From contig OZ059897.1 of the NCBI GenBank assembly GCA_964057225.1, positions 22,382,001-22,446,000 on the forward strand: 64,000 nt of DNA. Direction: 5' to 3'. The stretch's first letter is position 1. Each line of letters starts with the position of its first letter. The position numbers and the translations under genes were made by a program. The notes under the pieces are model-generated. The model was not told the origin of the DNA, did not search any database, and worked only from the letters and a program-made list of their open reading frames with translations. This document shows positions 40,301 to 53,600 of the stretch, piece after piece. Origin of the DNA: Auanema rhodensis (Eukaryota; Animalia; Nematoda).

Positions 40301-43300
40301 AATTAGCATAAATTAAAGTTCACGTAAATTTCAAAGTCATGGTTACCATGAACCAATATCAATAAAAATTTGTTTTTAGACTAATATGGACATGGGGAAT
40401 CTAATTTTGAAAACCGCATCTCTTTATCTTTCACGTGAAGCGAGTTACATACCAAGTGCACATCACGTGTACATTTAATTAGCATAAATTAAAGTTCACG
40501 TAAACTTCAAAGTCATGGTTACCATGAACCAATATCAATAAAAATTTGTTTATAGACTAATATGGACATGGGGAATCTAATTTTGAAAACCGCATCTCTT
40601 TATCTTTCACGTGAAGCGAGTTACATACCAAGTGCACATCACGTGTACATTTAATTAGCATAAATTAAAGTTTACGTAAATTTCAAAGTCATGGTTACCA
40701 TGAACCAATATCAATAAAAATTTGTTTTTAGACTAATATGGACATGGGGAATCTAATTTTGAAAACCGCATCTCTTTATCTTTCACGTGAAGCGAGTTAC
40801 ATACCAAGTGCACATCACGTGTACATTTAATTAGCATAAATTAAAGTTCACGTAAACTTCAAAGTCATGGTTACCATGAAGCAATATCAATAAAAATTTG
40901 TTTTTAGACTAATATGGACATGGGGAATCTAATTTTGAAAACCGCATCTCTTTATCTTTCACGTGAAGCGAGTTACATACCAAGTGCACATCACGTGTAC
41001 ATTTAATTAGCATAAATTAAAGTTCACGTAAATTTCAAAGTCATGGTTACCATGAAGCAATATCAATAAAAATTTGTTTTTAGACTAATATGGACATGGG
41101 GAATCTAATTTTGAAAACTGCATCTCTTTATCTTTCACGTGAAGCGAGTTACATACCAAGTGCACATCACGTGTACATTTAATTAGCATAAATTAAAGTT
41201 CACGTAAATTTCAAAGTCATGGTTACCATGAACCAATATCAATAAAAATTTGTTTTTAGACTAATATGGACATGGGGAATCTAATTTTGAAAACCGCATC
41301 TCTTTATCTTTCACGTGAAGCGAGTTACATACCAAGTGCACATCACGTGTACATTTAATTAGCATAAATTAAAGTTCACGTAAATTTCAAAGTCATGGTT
41401 ACCATGCACCAATATCAATAAAAATTTGTTTTTAGACTAATATGGACATGGGGAATCTAATTTTGAAAACTGCATCTCTTTATCTTTCACGTGAAGCGAG
41501 TTACATACCAAGTGCACATCACGTGTACATTTAATTAGCATAAATTAAAGTTCACGTAAACTTCAAAGTCATGGTTACCATGAACCAATATCAATAAAAA
41601 TTTGTTTATAGACTAATATGGACATGGGGAATCTAATTTTGAAAACCGCATCTCTTTATCTTTCACGTGAAGCGAGTTACATACCAAGTGCACATCACGT
41701 GTACATTTAATTAGCATAAATTAAAGTTTACGTAAATTTCAAAGTCATGGTTACCATGAACCAATATCAATAAAAATTTGTTTTTAGACTAATATGGACA
41801 TGGGGAATCTAATTTTGAAAACCGCATCTCTTTATCTTTCACGTGAAGCGAGTTACATACCAAGTGCACATCACGTGTACATTTAATTAGCATAAATTAA
41901 AGTTCACGTAAATTTCAAAGTCATGGTTACCATGAAGCAATATCAATAAAAATTTGTTTTTAGACTAATATGGACATGGGGAATCTAATTTTGAAAACCG
42001 CATCTCTTTATCTTTCACGTGAAGCGAGTTACATACCAAGTGCACATCACGTGTACATTTAATTAGCATAAATTAAAGTTCACGTAAATTTCAAAGTCAT
42101 GGTTACCATGCACCAATATCAATAAAAATTTGTTTTTAGACTAATATGGACATGGGGAATCTAATTTTGAAAACTGCATCTCTTTATCTTTCACGTGAAG
42201 CGAGTTACATACCAAGTGCACATCACGTGTACATTTAATTAGCATAAATTAAAGTTCACGTAAATTTCAAAGTCATGGTTACCATGAACCAATATCAATA
42301 AAAAATTTGTTTTTAGACTAATATGGACATGGGGAATCTAATTTTGAAAACCGCATCTCTTTATCTTTCACGTGAAGCGAGTTACATACCAAGTGCACAT
42401 CACGTGTACATTTAATTAGCATAAATTAAAGTTCACGTAAATTTCAAAGTCATGGTTACCATGCACCAATATCAATAAAAATTTGTTTTTAGACTAATAT
42501 GGACATGGGGAATCTAATTTTGAAAACTGCATCTCTTTATCTTTCACGTGAAGCGAGTTACATACCAAGTGCACATCACGTGTACATTTAATTAGCATAA
42601 ATTAAAGTTCACGTAAACTTCAAAGTCATGGTTACCATGAACCAATATCAATAAAAATTTGTTTATAGACTAATATGGACATGGGGAATCTAATTTTGAA
42701 AACCGCATCTCTTTATCTTTCACGTGAAGCGAGTTACATACCAAGTGCACATCACGTGTACATTTAATTAGCATAAATTAAAGTTTACGTAAATTTCAAA
42801 GTCATGGTTACCATGAACCAATATCAATAAAAATTTGTTTTTAGACTAATATGGACATGGGGAATCTAATTTTGAAAACCGCATCTCTTTATCTTTCACG
42901 TGAAGCGAGTTACATACCAAGTGCACATCACGTGTACATTTAATTAGCATAAATTAAAGTTCACGTAAACTTCAAAGTCATGGTTACCATGAAGCAATAT
43001 CAATAAAAATTTGTTTTTAGACTAATATGGACATGGGGAATCTAATTTTGAAAACCGCATCTCTTTATCTTTCACGTGAAGCGAGTTACATACCAAGTGC
43101 ACATCACGTGTACATTTAATTAGCATAAATTAAAGTTCACGTAAATTTCAAAGTCATGGTTACCATGAAGCAATATCAATAAAAATTTGTTTTTAGACTA
43201 ATATGGACATGGGGAATCTAATTTTGAAAACCGCATCTCTTTATCTTTCACGTGAAGCGAGTTACATACCAAGTGCACATCACGTGTACATTTAATTAGC

Positions 43301-43650
43301 ATAAATTAAAGTTCACGTAAATTTCAAAGTCATGGTTACCATGCACCAATATCAATAAAAATTTGTTTTTAGACTAATATGGACATGGGAAATCTAATTT
43401 TGAAAACCGCATCTCTTTATCTTTCACGTGAAGCGAGTTACATACCAAGTGCACATCACGTGTACATTTAATTAGCATAAATTAAAGTTCACGTAAATTT
43501 CAAAGTCATGGTTACCATGAACCAATATCAATAAAAATTTGTTTTTAGACTAATATGGACATGGGGAATCTAATTTTGAAAACCGCATCTCTTTATCTTT
43601 CACGTGAAGCGAGTTACATACCAAGTGCACATCACGTGTACATTTAATTA
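37313..43650. repeat. 18-monomer (3169-bp) tandem duplication marked by a shared +A insertion
   Basis: 37313-40481 and 40482-43650 have the same monomer order. Each has an A6 run (39131-39136, 42300-42305), and the two runs are 3169 bp apart. The only difference I saw is A>T at 39864. Confidence 0.92.
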
Positions 43651-46600
43651 GCATAAATTAAAGTTCACGTAAATTTCAAAGTCATGGTTACCATGAAGCA
43701 ATATCAATAAAAATTTGTTTTTAGACTAATATGGACATGGGGAATCTAATTTTGAAAACCGCATCTCTTTATCTTTCACGTGAAGCGAGTTACATACCAA
43801 GTGCACATCACGTGTACATTTAATTAGCATAAATTAAAGTTCACGTAAACTTCAAAGTCATGGTTACCATGAAGCAATATCAATAAAAATTTGTTTTTAG
43901 ACTAATATGGACATGGGGAATCTAATTTTGAAAACCGCATCTCTTTATCTTTCACGTGAAGCGAGTTACATACCAAGTGCACATCACGTGTACATTTAAT
44001 TAGCATAAATTAAAGTTCACGTAAATTTCAAAGTCATGGTTACCATGAAGCAATATCAATAAAAATTTGTTTTTAGACTAATATGGACATGGGGAATCTA
44101 ATTTTGAAAACCGCATCTCTTTATCTTTCACGTGAAGCGAGTTACATACCAAGTGCACATCACGTGTACATTTAATTAGCATAAATTAAAGTTCACGTAA
44201 ATTTCAAAGTCATGGTTACCATGAACCAATATCAATAAAAATTTGTTTTTAGACTAATATGGACATGGGGAATCTAATTTTGAAAACCGCATCTCTTTAT
44301 CTTTCACGTGAAGCGAGTTACATACCAAGTGCACATCACGTGTACATTTAATTAGCATAAATTAAAGTTCACGTAAATTTCAAAGTCATGGTTACCATGA
44401 AGCAATATCAATAAAAATTTGTTTTTAGACTAATATGGACATGGGGAATCTAATTTTGAAAACCGAATCTCTTTATATTTCACGTGAAGCGAGTTACATA
44501 CCAAGTGCACATCACGTGTACATTTAATTAGCATAAATTAAAGTTCACGTAAATTTCAAAGTCATGGTTACCATGAACCAATATCAATAAAAATTTGTTT
44601 TTAGACTAATATGGACATGGGGAATCTAATTTTGAAAACCGCATCTCTTTATCTTTCACGTGAAGCGAGTTACATACCAAGTGCACATCACGTGTACATT
44701 TAATTAGCATAAATTAAAGTTCACGTAAATTTCAAAGTCATGGTTACCATGCACCAATATCAATAAAAATTTGTTTTTAGACTAATATGGACATGGGGAA
44801 TCTAATTTTGAAAACCGCATCTCTTTATCTTTCACGTGAAGCGAGTTACATACCAAGTGCACATCACGTGTACATTTAATTAGCATAAATTAAAGTTCAC
44901 GTAAATTTCAAAGTCATGGTTACCATGAACCAATATCAATAAAAATTTGTTTTTAGACTAATATGGACATGGGGAATCTAATTTTGAAAACTGCATCTCT
45001 TTATCTTTCACGTGAAGCGAGTTACATACCAAGTGCACATCACGTGTACATTTAATTAGCATAAATTAAAGTTCACGTAAATTTCAAAGTCATGGTTACC
45101 ATGAACCAATATCAATAAATATTTGTTTTTAGACTAATATGGACATGGGGAATCTAATTTTGAAAACCGCATCTCTTTATCTTTCACGTGAAGCGAGTTA
45201 CATACCAAGTGCACATCACGTGTACATTTAATTAGCATAAATTAAAGTTCACGTAAATTTCAAAGTCATGGTTACCATGAACCAATATCAATAAAAATTT
45301 GTTTTTAGACTAATATGGACATGGGGAATCTAATTTTGAAAACCGCATTTCTTTATCTTTCACGTGAAGCGAGTTACATACCAAGTGCACATCACGTGTA
45401 CATTTAATTAGCATAAATTAAAGTTCACGTAAATTTCAAAGTCATGGTTACCATGCACCAATATCAATAAAAATTTGTTTTTAGACTAATATGGACATGG
45501 GGAATCTAATTTTGAAAACCGCATCTCTTTATCTTTCACGTGAAGCGAGTTACATACCAAGTGCACATCACGTGTACATTTAATTAGCATAAATTAAAGT
45601 TCACGTAAATTTCAAAGTCATGGTTACCATGAACCAATATCAATAAAAATTTGTTTATAGACTAATATGGACATGGGGAATCTAATTTTGAAAACCGCAT
45701 CTCTTTATCTTTCACGTGAAGCGAGTTACATACCAAGTGCACATCACGTGTACATTTAATTAGCATAAATTAAAGTTTACGTAAATTTCAAAGTCATGGT
45801 TACCATGAACCAATATCAATAAAAATTTGTTTTTAGACTAATATGGACATGGGGAATCTAATTTTGAAAACCGCATCTCTTTATCTTTCACGTGAAGCGA
45901 GTTACATACCAAGTGCACATCACGTATACATTTAATTAGCATAAATTAAAGTTCACGTAAACTTCAAAGTCATGGTTACCATGAAGCAATATCAATAAAA
46001 ATTTGTTTTTAGACTAATATGGACATGGGGAATCTAATTTTGAAAACCGCATCTCTTTATCTTTCACGTGAAGCGAGTTACATACCAAGTGCACATCACG
46101 TGTACATTTAATTAGCATAAATTAAAGTTCACGTAAATTTCAAAGTCATGGTTACCATGAAGCAATATCAATAAAAATTTGTTTTTAGACTAATATGGAC
46201 ATGGGGAATCTAATTTTGAAAACCGCATCTCTTTATCTTTCACGTGAAGCGAGTTACATACCAAGTGCACATCACGTGTACATTTAATTAGCATAAATTA
46301 AAGTTCACGTAAATTTCAAAGTCATGGTTACCATGCACCAATATCAATAAAAATTTGTTTTTAGACTAATATGGACATGGGAAATCTAATTTTGAAAACC
46401 GCATCTCTTTATCTTTCACGTGAAGCGAGTTACATACCAAGTGCACATCACGTGTACATTTAATTAGCATAAATTAAAGTTCACGTAAATTTCAAAGTCA
46501 TGGTTACCATGAACCAATATCAATAAAAATTTGTTTTTAGACTAATATGGACATGGGGAATCTAATTTTGAAAACCGCATCTCTTTATCTTTCACGTGAA

Positions 46601-49600
46601 GCGAGTTACATACCAAGTGCACATCACGTGTACATTTAATTAGCATAAATTAAAGTTCACGTAAATTTCAAAGTCATGGTTACCATGAAGCAATATCAAT
46701 AAAAATTTGTTTTTAGACTAATATGGACATGGGGAATCTAATTTTGAAAACCGAATCTCTTTATATTTCACGTGAAGCGAGTTACATACCAAGTGCACAT
46801 CACGTGTACATTTAATTAGCATAAATTAAAGTTCACGTAAATTTCAAAGTCATGGTTACCATGAACCAATATCAATAAAAATTTGTTTTTAGACTAATAT
46901 GGACATGGGGAATCTAATTTTGAAAACCGCATCTCTTTATCTTTCACGTGAAGCGAGTTACATACCAAGTGCACATCACGTGTACATTTAATTAGCATAA
47001 ATTAAAGTTCACGTAAATTTCAAAGTCATGGTTACCATGCACCAATATCAATAAAAATTTGTTTTTAGACTAATATGGACATGGGGAATCTAATTTTGAA
47101 AACCGCATCTCTTTATCTTTCACGTGAAGCGAGTTACATACCAAGTGCACATCACGTGTACATTTAATTAGCATAAATTAAAGTTCACGTAAATTTCAAA
47201 GTCATGGTTACCATGAACCAATATCAATAAAAATTTGTTTTTAGACTAATATGGACATGGGGAATCTAATTTTGAAAACTGCATCTCTTTATCTTTCACG
47301 TGAAGCGAGTTACATACCAAGTGCACATCACGTGTACATTTAATTAGCATAAATTAAAGTTCACGTAAATTTCAAAGTCATGGTTACCATGAACCAATAT
47401 CAATAAAAATTTGTTTTTAGACTAATATGGACATGGGGAATCTAATTTTGAAAACCGCATCTCTTTATCTTTCACGTGAAGCGAGTTACATACCAAGTGC
47501 ACATCACGTGTACATTTAATTAGCATAAATTAAAGTTCACGTAAATTTCAAAGTCGTGGTTACCATGAACCAATATCAATAAAAATTTGTTTTTAGACTA
47601 ATATGGACATGGGGAATCTAATTTTGAAAACCGCATTTCTTTATCTTTCACGTGAAGCGAGTTACATACCAAGTGCACATCACGTGTACATTTAATTAGC
47701 ATAAATTAAAGTTCACGTAAATTTCAAAGTCATGGTTACCATGCACCAATATCAATAAAAATTTGTTTTTAGACTAATATGGACATGGGGAATCTAATTT
47801 TGAAAACCGCATCTCTTTATCTTTCACGTGAAGCGAGTTACATACCAAGTGCACATCACGTGTACATTTAATTAGCATAAATTAAAGTTCACGTAAATTT
47901 CAAAGTCATGGTTACCATGAACCAATATCAATAAAAATTTGTTTTTAGACTAATATGGACATGGGGAATCTAATTTTGAAAACTGCATCTCTTTATCTTT
48001 CACGTGAAGCGAGTTACACACCAAGTGCACATCACGTGTACATTTAATTAGCATAAATTAAAGTTCACGTAAATTTCAAAGTCATGGTTACCATGAACCA
48101 ATATCAATAAAAATTTGTTTTTAGACTAATATGGACATGGGGAATCTAATTTTGAAAACCGCATCTCTTTATCTTTCACGTGAAGCGAGTTACATACCAA
48201 GTGCACATCACGTGTACATTTAATTAGCATAAATTAAAGTTCACGTAAATTTCAAAGTCATGGTTACCATGAACCAATATCAATAAAAATTTGTTTTTAG
48301 ACTAATATGGACATGGGGAATCTAATTTTGAAAACCGCATCTCTTTATCTTTCACGTGAAGCGAGTTACATACCAAGTGCACATCACGTGTACATTTAAT
48401 TAGCATAAATTAAAGTTCACGTAAATTTCAAAGTCATGGTTACCATGAACCAATATCAATAAAAATTTGTTTTTAGACTAATATGGACATGGGGAATCTA
48501 ATTTTGAAAACCGCATCTCTTTATCTTTCACGTGAAGCGAGTTACATACCAAGTGCACATCACGTGTACATTTAATTAGCATAAATTAAAGTTCACGTAA
48601 ATTTCAAAGTCATGGTTACCATGAACCAATATCAATAAAAATTTGTTTTTAGACTAATATGGACATGGGGAATCTAATTTTGAAAACCGCATCTCTTTAT
48701 CTTTCACGTGAAGCGAGTTACATACCAAGTGCACATCACGTGTACATTTAATTAGCATAAATTAAAGTTCACGTAAATTTCAAAGTCATGGTTACCATGA
48801 ACCAATATCAATAAAAATTTGTTTTTAGACTAATATGGACATGGGGAATCTAATTTTGAAAACTGCATCTCTTTATCTTTCACGTGAAGCGAGTTACATA
48901 CCAAGTGCACATCACGTGTACATTTAATTAGCATGAATTAAAGTTCACGTAAATTTCAAAGTCATGGTTACCATGAACCAATATCAATAAAAATTTGTTT
49001 TTAGACTAATATGGACATGGGGAATCTAATTTTGAAAACCGCATCTCTTTATCTTTCACGTGAAGCGAGTTACATACCAAGTGCACATCACGTGTACATT
49101 TAATTAGCATAAATTAAAGTTCACGTAAATTTCAAAGTCATGGTTACCATGCACCAATATCAATAAAAATTTGTTTTTAGACTAATATGGACATGGGGAA
49201 TCTAATTTTGAAAACCGCATCTCTTTATCTTTCACGTGAAGCGAGTTACATACCAAGTGCACATCACGTGTACATTTAATTAGCATAAATTAAAGTTTAC
49301 GTAAATTTCAAAGTCATGGTTACCATGAACCAATATCAATAAAAATTTGTTTTTAGACTAATATGGACATGGGGAATCTAATTTTGAAAACCGCATCTCT
49401 TTATCTTTCACGTGAAGCGAGTTACATACCAAGTGCACATCACGTGTACATTTAATTAGCATAAATTAAAGTTCACGTAAACTTCAAAGTCATGGTTACC
49501 ATGAAGCAATATCAATAAAAATTTGTTTTTAGACTAATATGGACATGGGGAATCTAATTTTGAAAACCGCATCTCTTTATCTTTCACGTGAAGCGAGTTA

Positions 49601-50690
49601 CATACCAAGTGCACATCACGTGTACATTTAATTAGCATAAATTAAAGTTCACGTAAATTTCAAAGTCATGGTTACCATGAAGCAATATCAATAAAAATTT
49701 GTTTTTAGACTAATATGGACATGGGGAATCTAATTTTGAAAACCGCATCTCTTTATCTTTCACGTGAAGCGAGTTACATACCAAGTGCACATCACGTGTA
49801 CATTTAATTAGCATAAATTAAAGTTCACGTAAATTTCAAAGTCATGGTTACCATGAACCAATATCAATAAAAATTTGTTTTTAGACTAATATGGACATGG
49901 GGAATCTAATTTTGAAAACCGCATCTCTTTATCTTTCACGTGAAGCGAGTTACATACCAAGTGCACATCACGTGTACATTTAATTAGCATAAATTAAAGT
50001 TCACGTAAACTTCAAAGTCATGGTTACCATGAAGCAATATCAATAAAAATTTGTTTTTAGACTAATATGGACATGGGGAATCTAATTTTGAAAACCGCAT
50101 CTCTTTATCTTTCACGTGAAGCGAGTTACACACCAAGTGCACATCACGTGTACATTTAATTAGCATAAATTAAAGTTCACGTAAATTTCAAAGTCATGGT
50201 TACCATGAAGCAATATCAATAAAAATTTGTTTTTAGACTAATATGGATATGGGGAATCTAATTTTGAAAACCGCATCTCTTTATCTTTCACGTGAAGCGA
50301 GTTACATACCAAGTGCACATCACGTGTACATTTAATTAGCATAAATTAAAGTTCACGTAAATTTCAAAGTCATGGTTACCATGAACCAATATCAATAAAA
50401 ATTTGTTTTTAGACTAATATGGACATGGGGAATCTAGTTTTGAAAACCGCATCTCTTTATCTTTCACGTGAAGCGAGTTACATACCAAGTGCACATCACG
50501 TGTACATTTAATTAGCATAAATTAAAGTTCACGTAAATTTCAAAGTCATGGTTACCATGAACCAATATCAATAAAAATTTGTTTTTAGACTAATATGGAC
50601 ATGGGGAATCTAATTTTGAAAACCGCATCTCTTTATCTTTCACGTGAAGCGAGTTACATACCAAGTGCACATCACGTGTACATTTAATTA

Positions 50691-53600
50691 GCATAAATTA
50701 AAGTTCACGTAAATTTCAAAGTCATGGTTACCATGCACCAATATCAATAAAAATTTGTTTTTAGACTAATATGGACATGGGGAATCTAATTTTGAAAACC
50801 GCATCTCTTTATCTTTCACGTGAAGCGAGTTACATACCAAGTGCACATCACGTGTACATTTAATTAACATAAATTAAAGTTCACGTAAATTTCAAAGTCA
50901 TGGTTACCATGAACTAATATCAATAAAAATTTGTTTTTAGACTAATATGGACATGGGGAATCTAATTTTGAAAACCGCATCTCTTTATCTTTCACGTGAA
51001 GCGAGTTACATACCAAGTGCACATCACGTGTACATTTAATTAGCATAAATTAAAGTTCACGTAAATTTCAAAGTCATGGTTACCATGAAGCAATATCAAT
51101 AAAAATTTGTTTTTAGACTAATATGGACATGGGGAATCTAATTTTGAAAACCGCATCTCTTTATCTTTCACGTGAAGCGAGTTACATACCAAGTGCACAT
51201 CACGTGTACATTTAATTAGCATAAATTAAAGTTCACGTAAATTTCAAAGTCATGGTTACCATGAAGCAATATCAATAAAAATTTGTTTTTAGACTAATAT
51301 GGACATGGGGAATCTAATTTTGAAAACCGCATCTCTTTATCTTTCACGTGAAGCGAGTTACATACCAAGTGCACATCACGTGTACATTTAATTAGCATAA
51401 ATTAAAGTTCACGTAAATTTCAAAGTCATGGTTACCATGAACCAATATCAATAAAAATTTGTTTTTAGACTAATATGGACATGGGAAATCTAATTTTGGA
51501 AACCGCATCTCTTTATCTTTCACGTGAAGCGAGTTACATACCAAGTGCACATCACGTGTACATTTAATTAGCATAAATTAAAGTTCACGTAAACTTCAAA
51601 GTCATGGTTACCATGAAGCAATATCAATAAAAATTTGTTTTTAGACTAATATGGACATGGGGAATCTAATTTTGAAAACCGCATCTCTTTATCTTTCACG
51701 TGAAGCGAGTTACATACCAAGTGCACATCACGTGTACATTTAATTAGCATAAATTAAAGTTCACGTAAATTTCAAAGTCATGGTTACCATGAACCAATAT
51801 CAATAAAAATTTGTTTTTAGACTAATATGGACATGGGAAATCTAATTTTGAAAACCGCATCTCTTTATCTTTCACGTGAAGCGAGTTACATACCAAGTGC
51901 ACATCACGTGTACATTTAATTAGCATAAATTAAAGTTCACGTAAATTTCAAAGTCATGGTTACCATGAACCAATATCAATAAAAATTTGTTTTTAGACTA
52001 ATATGGACATGGGGAATCTAATTTTGAAAACCGCATCTCTTTATCTTTCACGTGAAGCGAGTTACATACCAAGTGCACATCACGTGTACATTTAATTAGC
52101 ATAAATTAAAGTTCACGTAAATTTCAAAGTCATGGTTACCATGAAGCAATATCAATAAAAATTTGTTTTTAGACTAATATGGACATGAGGAATCTAATTT
52201 TGAAAACCGCATCTCTTTATCTTTCACGTGAAGCGAGTTACATACCAAGTGCACATCACGTGTACATTTAATTAGCATAAATTAAAGTTCACGTAAATTT
52301 CAAAGTCATGGTTACCATGAACCAATATCAATAAAAATTTGTTTTTAGACTAATATGGACATGGGGAATCTAATTTTGAAAACCGCATCTCTTTATCTTT
52401 CACGTGAAGCGAGTTACATACCAAGTGCACATCACGTGTACATTTAATTAGCATAAATTAAAGTTCACGTAAACTTCAAAGTCATGGTTACCATGAAGCA
52501 ATATCAATAAAAATTTGTTTTTAGACTAATATGGACATGGGGAATCTAATTTTGAAAACCGCATCTCTTTATCTTTCACGTGAAGCGAGTTACATACCAA
52601 GTGCACATCACGTGTACATTTAATTAGCATAAATTAAAGTTCACGTAAATTTCAAAGTCATGGTTACCATGCACCAATATCAATAAAAATTTGTTTTTAG
52701 ACTAATATGGACATGGGGAATCTAATTTTGAAAACCGCATCTCTTTATCTTTCACGTGAAGCGAGTTACATACCAAGTGCACATCACGTGTACATTTAAT
52801 TAACATAAATTAAAGTTCACGTAAATTTCAAAGTCATGGTTACCATGAACTAATATCAATAAAAATTTGTTTTTAGACTAATATGGACATGGGGAATCTA
52901 ATTTTGAAAACCGCATCTCTTTATCTTTCACGTGAAGCGAGTTACATACCAAGTGCACATCACGTGTACATTTAATTAGCATAAATTAAAGTTCACGTAA
53001 ATTTCAAAGTCATGGTTACCATGAAGCAATATCAATAAAAATTTGTTTTTAGACTAATATGGACATGGGGAATCTAATTTTGAAAACCGCATCTCTTTAT
53101 CTTTCACGTGAAGCGAGTTACATACCAAGTGCACATCACGTGTACATTTAATTAGCATAAATTAAAGTTCACGTAAATTTCAAAGTCATGGTTACCATGA
53201 AGCAATATCAATAAAAATTTGTTTTTAGACTAATATGGACATGAGGAATCTAATTTTGAAAACCGCATCTCTTTATCTTTCACGTGAAGCGAGTTACATA
53301 CCAAGTGCACATCACGTGTACATTTAATTAGCATAAATTAAAGTTCACGTAAATTTCAAAGTCATGGTTACCATGAACCAATATCAATAAAAATTTGTTT
53401 TTAGACTAATATGGACATGGGGAATCTAATTTTGAAAACCGCATCTCTTTATCTTTCACGTGAAGCGAGTTACATACCAAGTGCACATCACGTGTACATT
53501 TAATTAGCATAAATTAAAGTTCACGTAAACTTCAAAGTCATGGTTACCATGAAGCAATATCAATAAAAATTTGTTTTTAGACTAATATGGACATGGGGAA

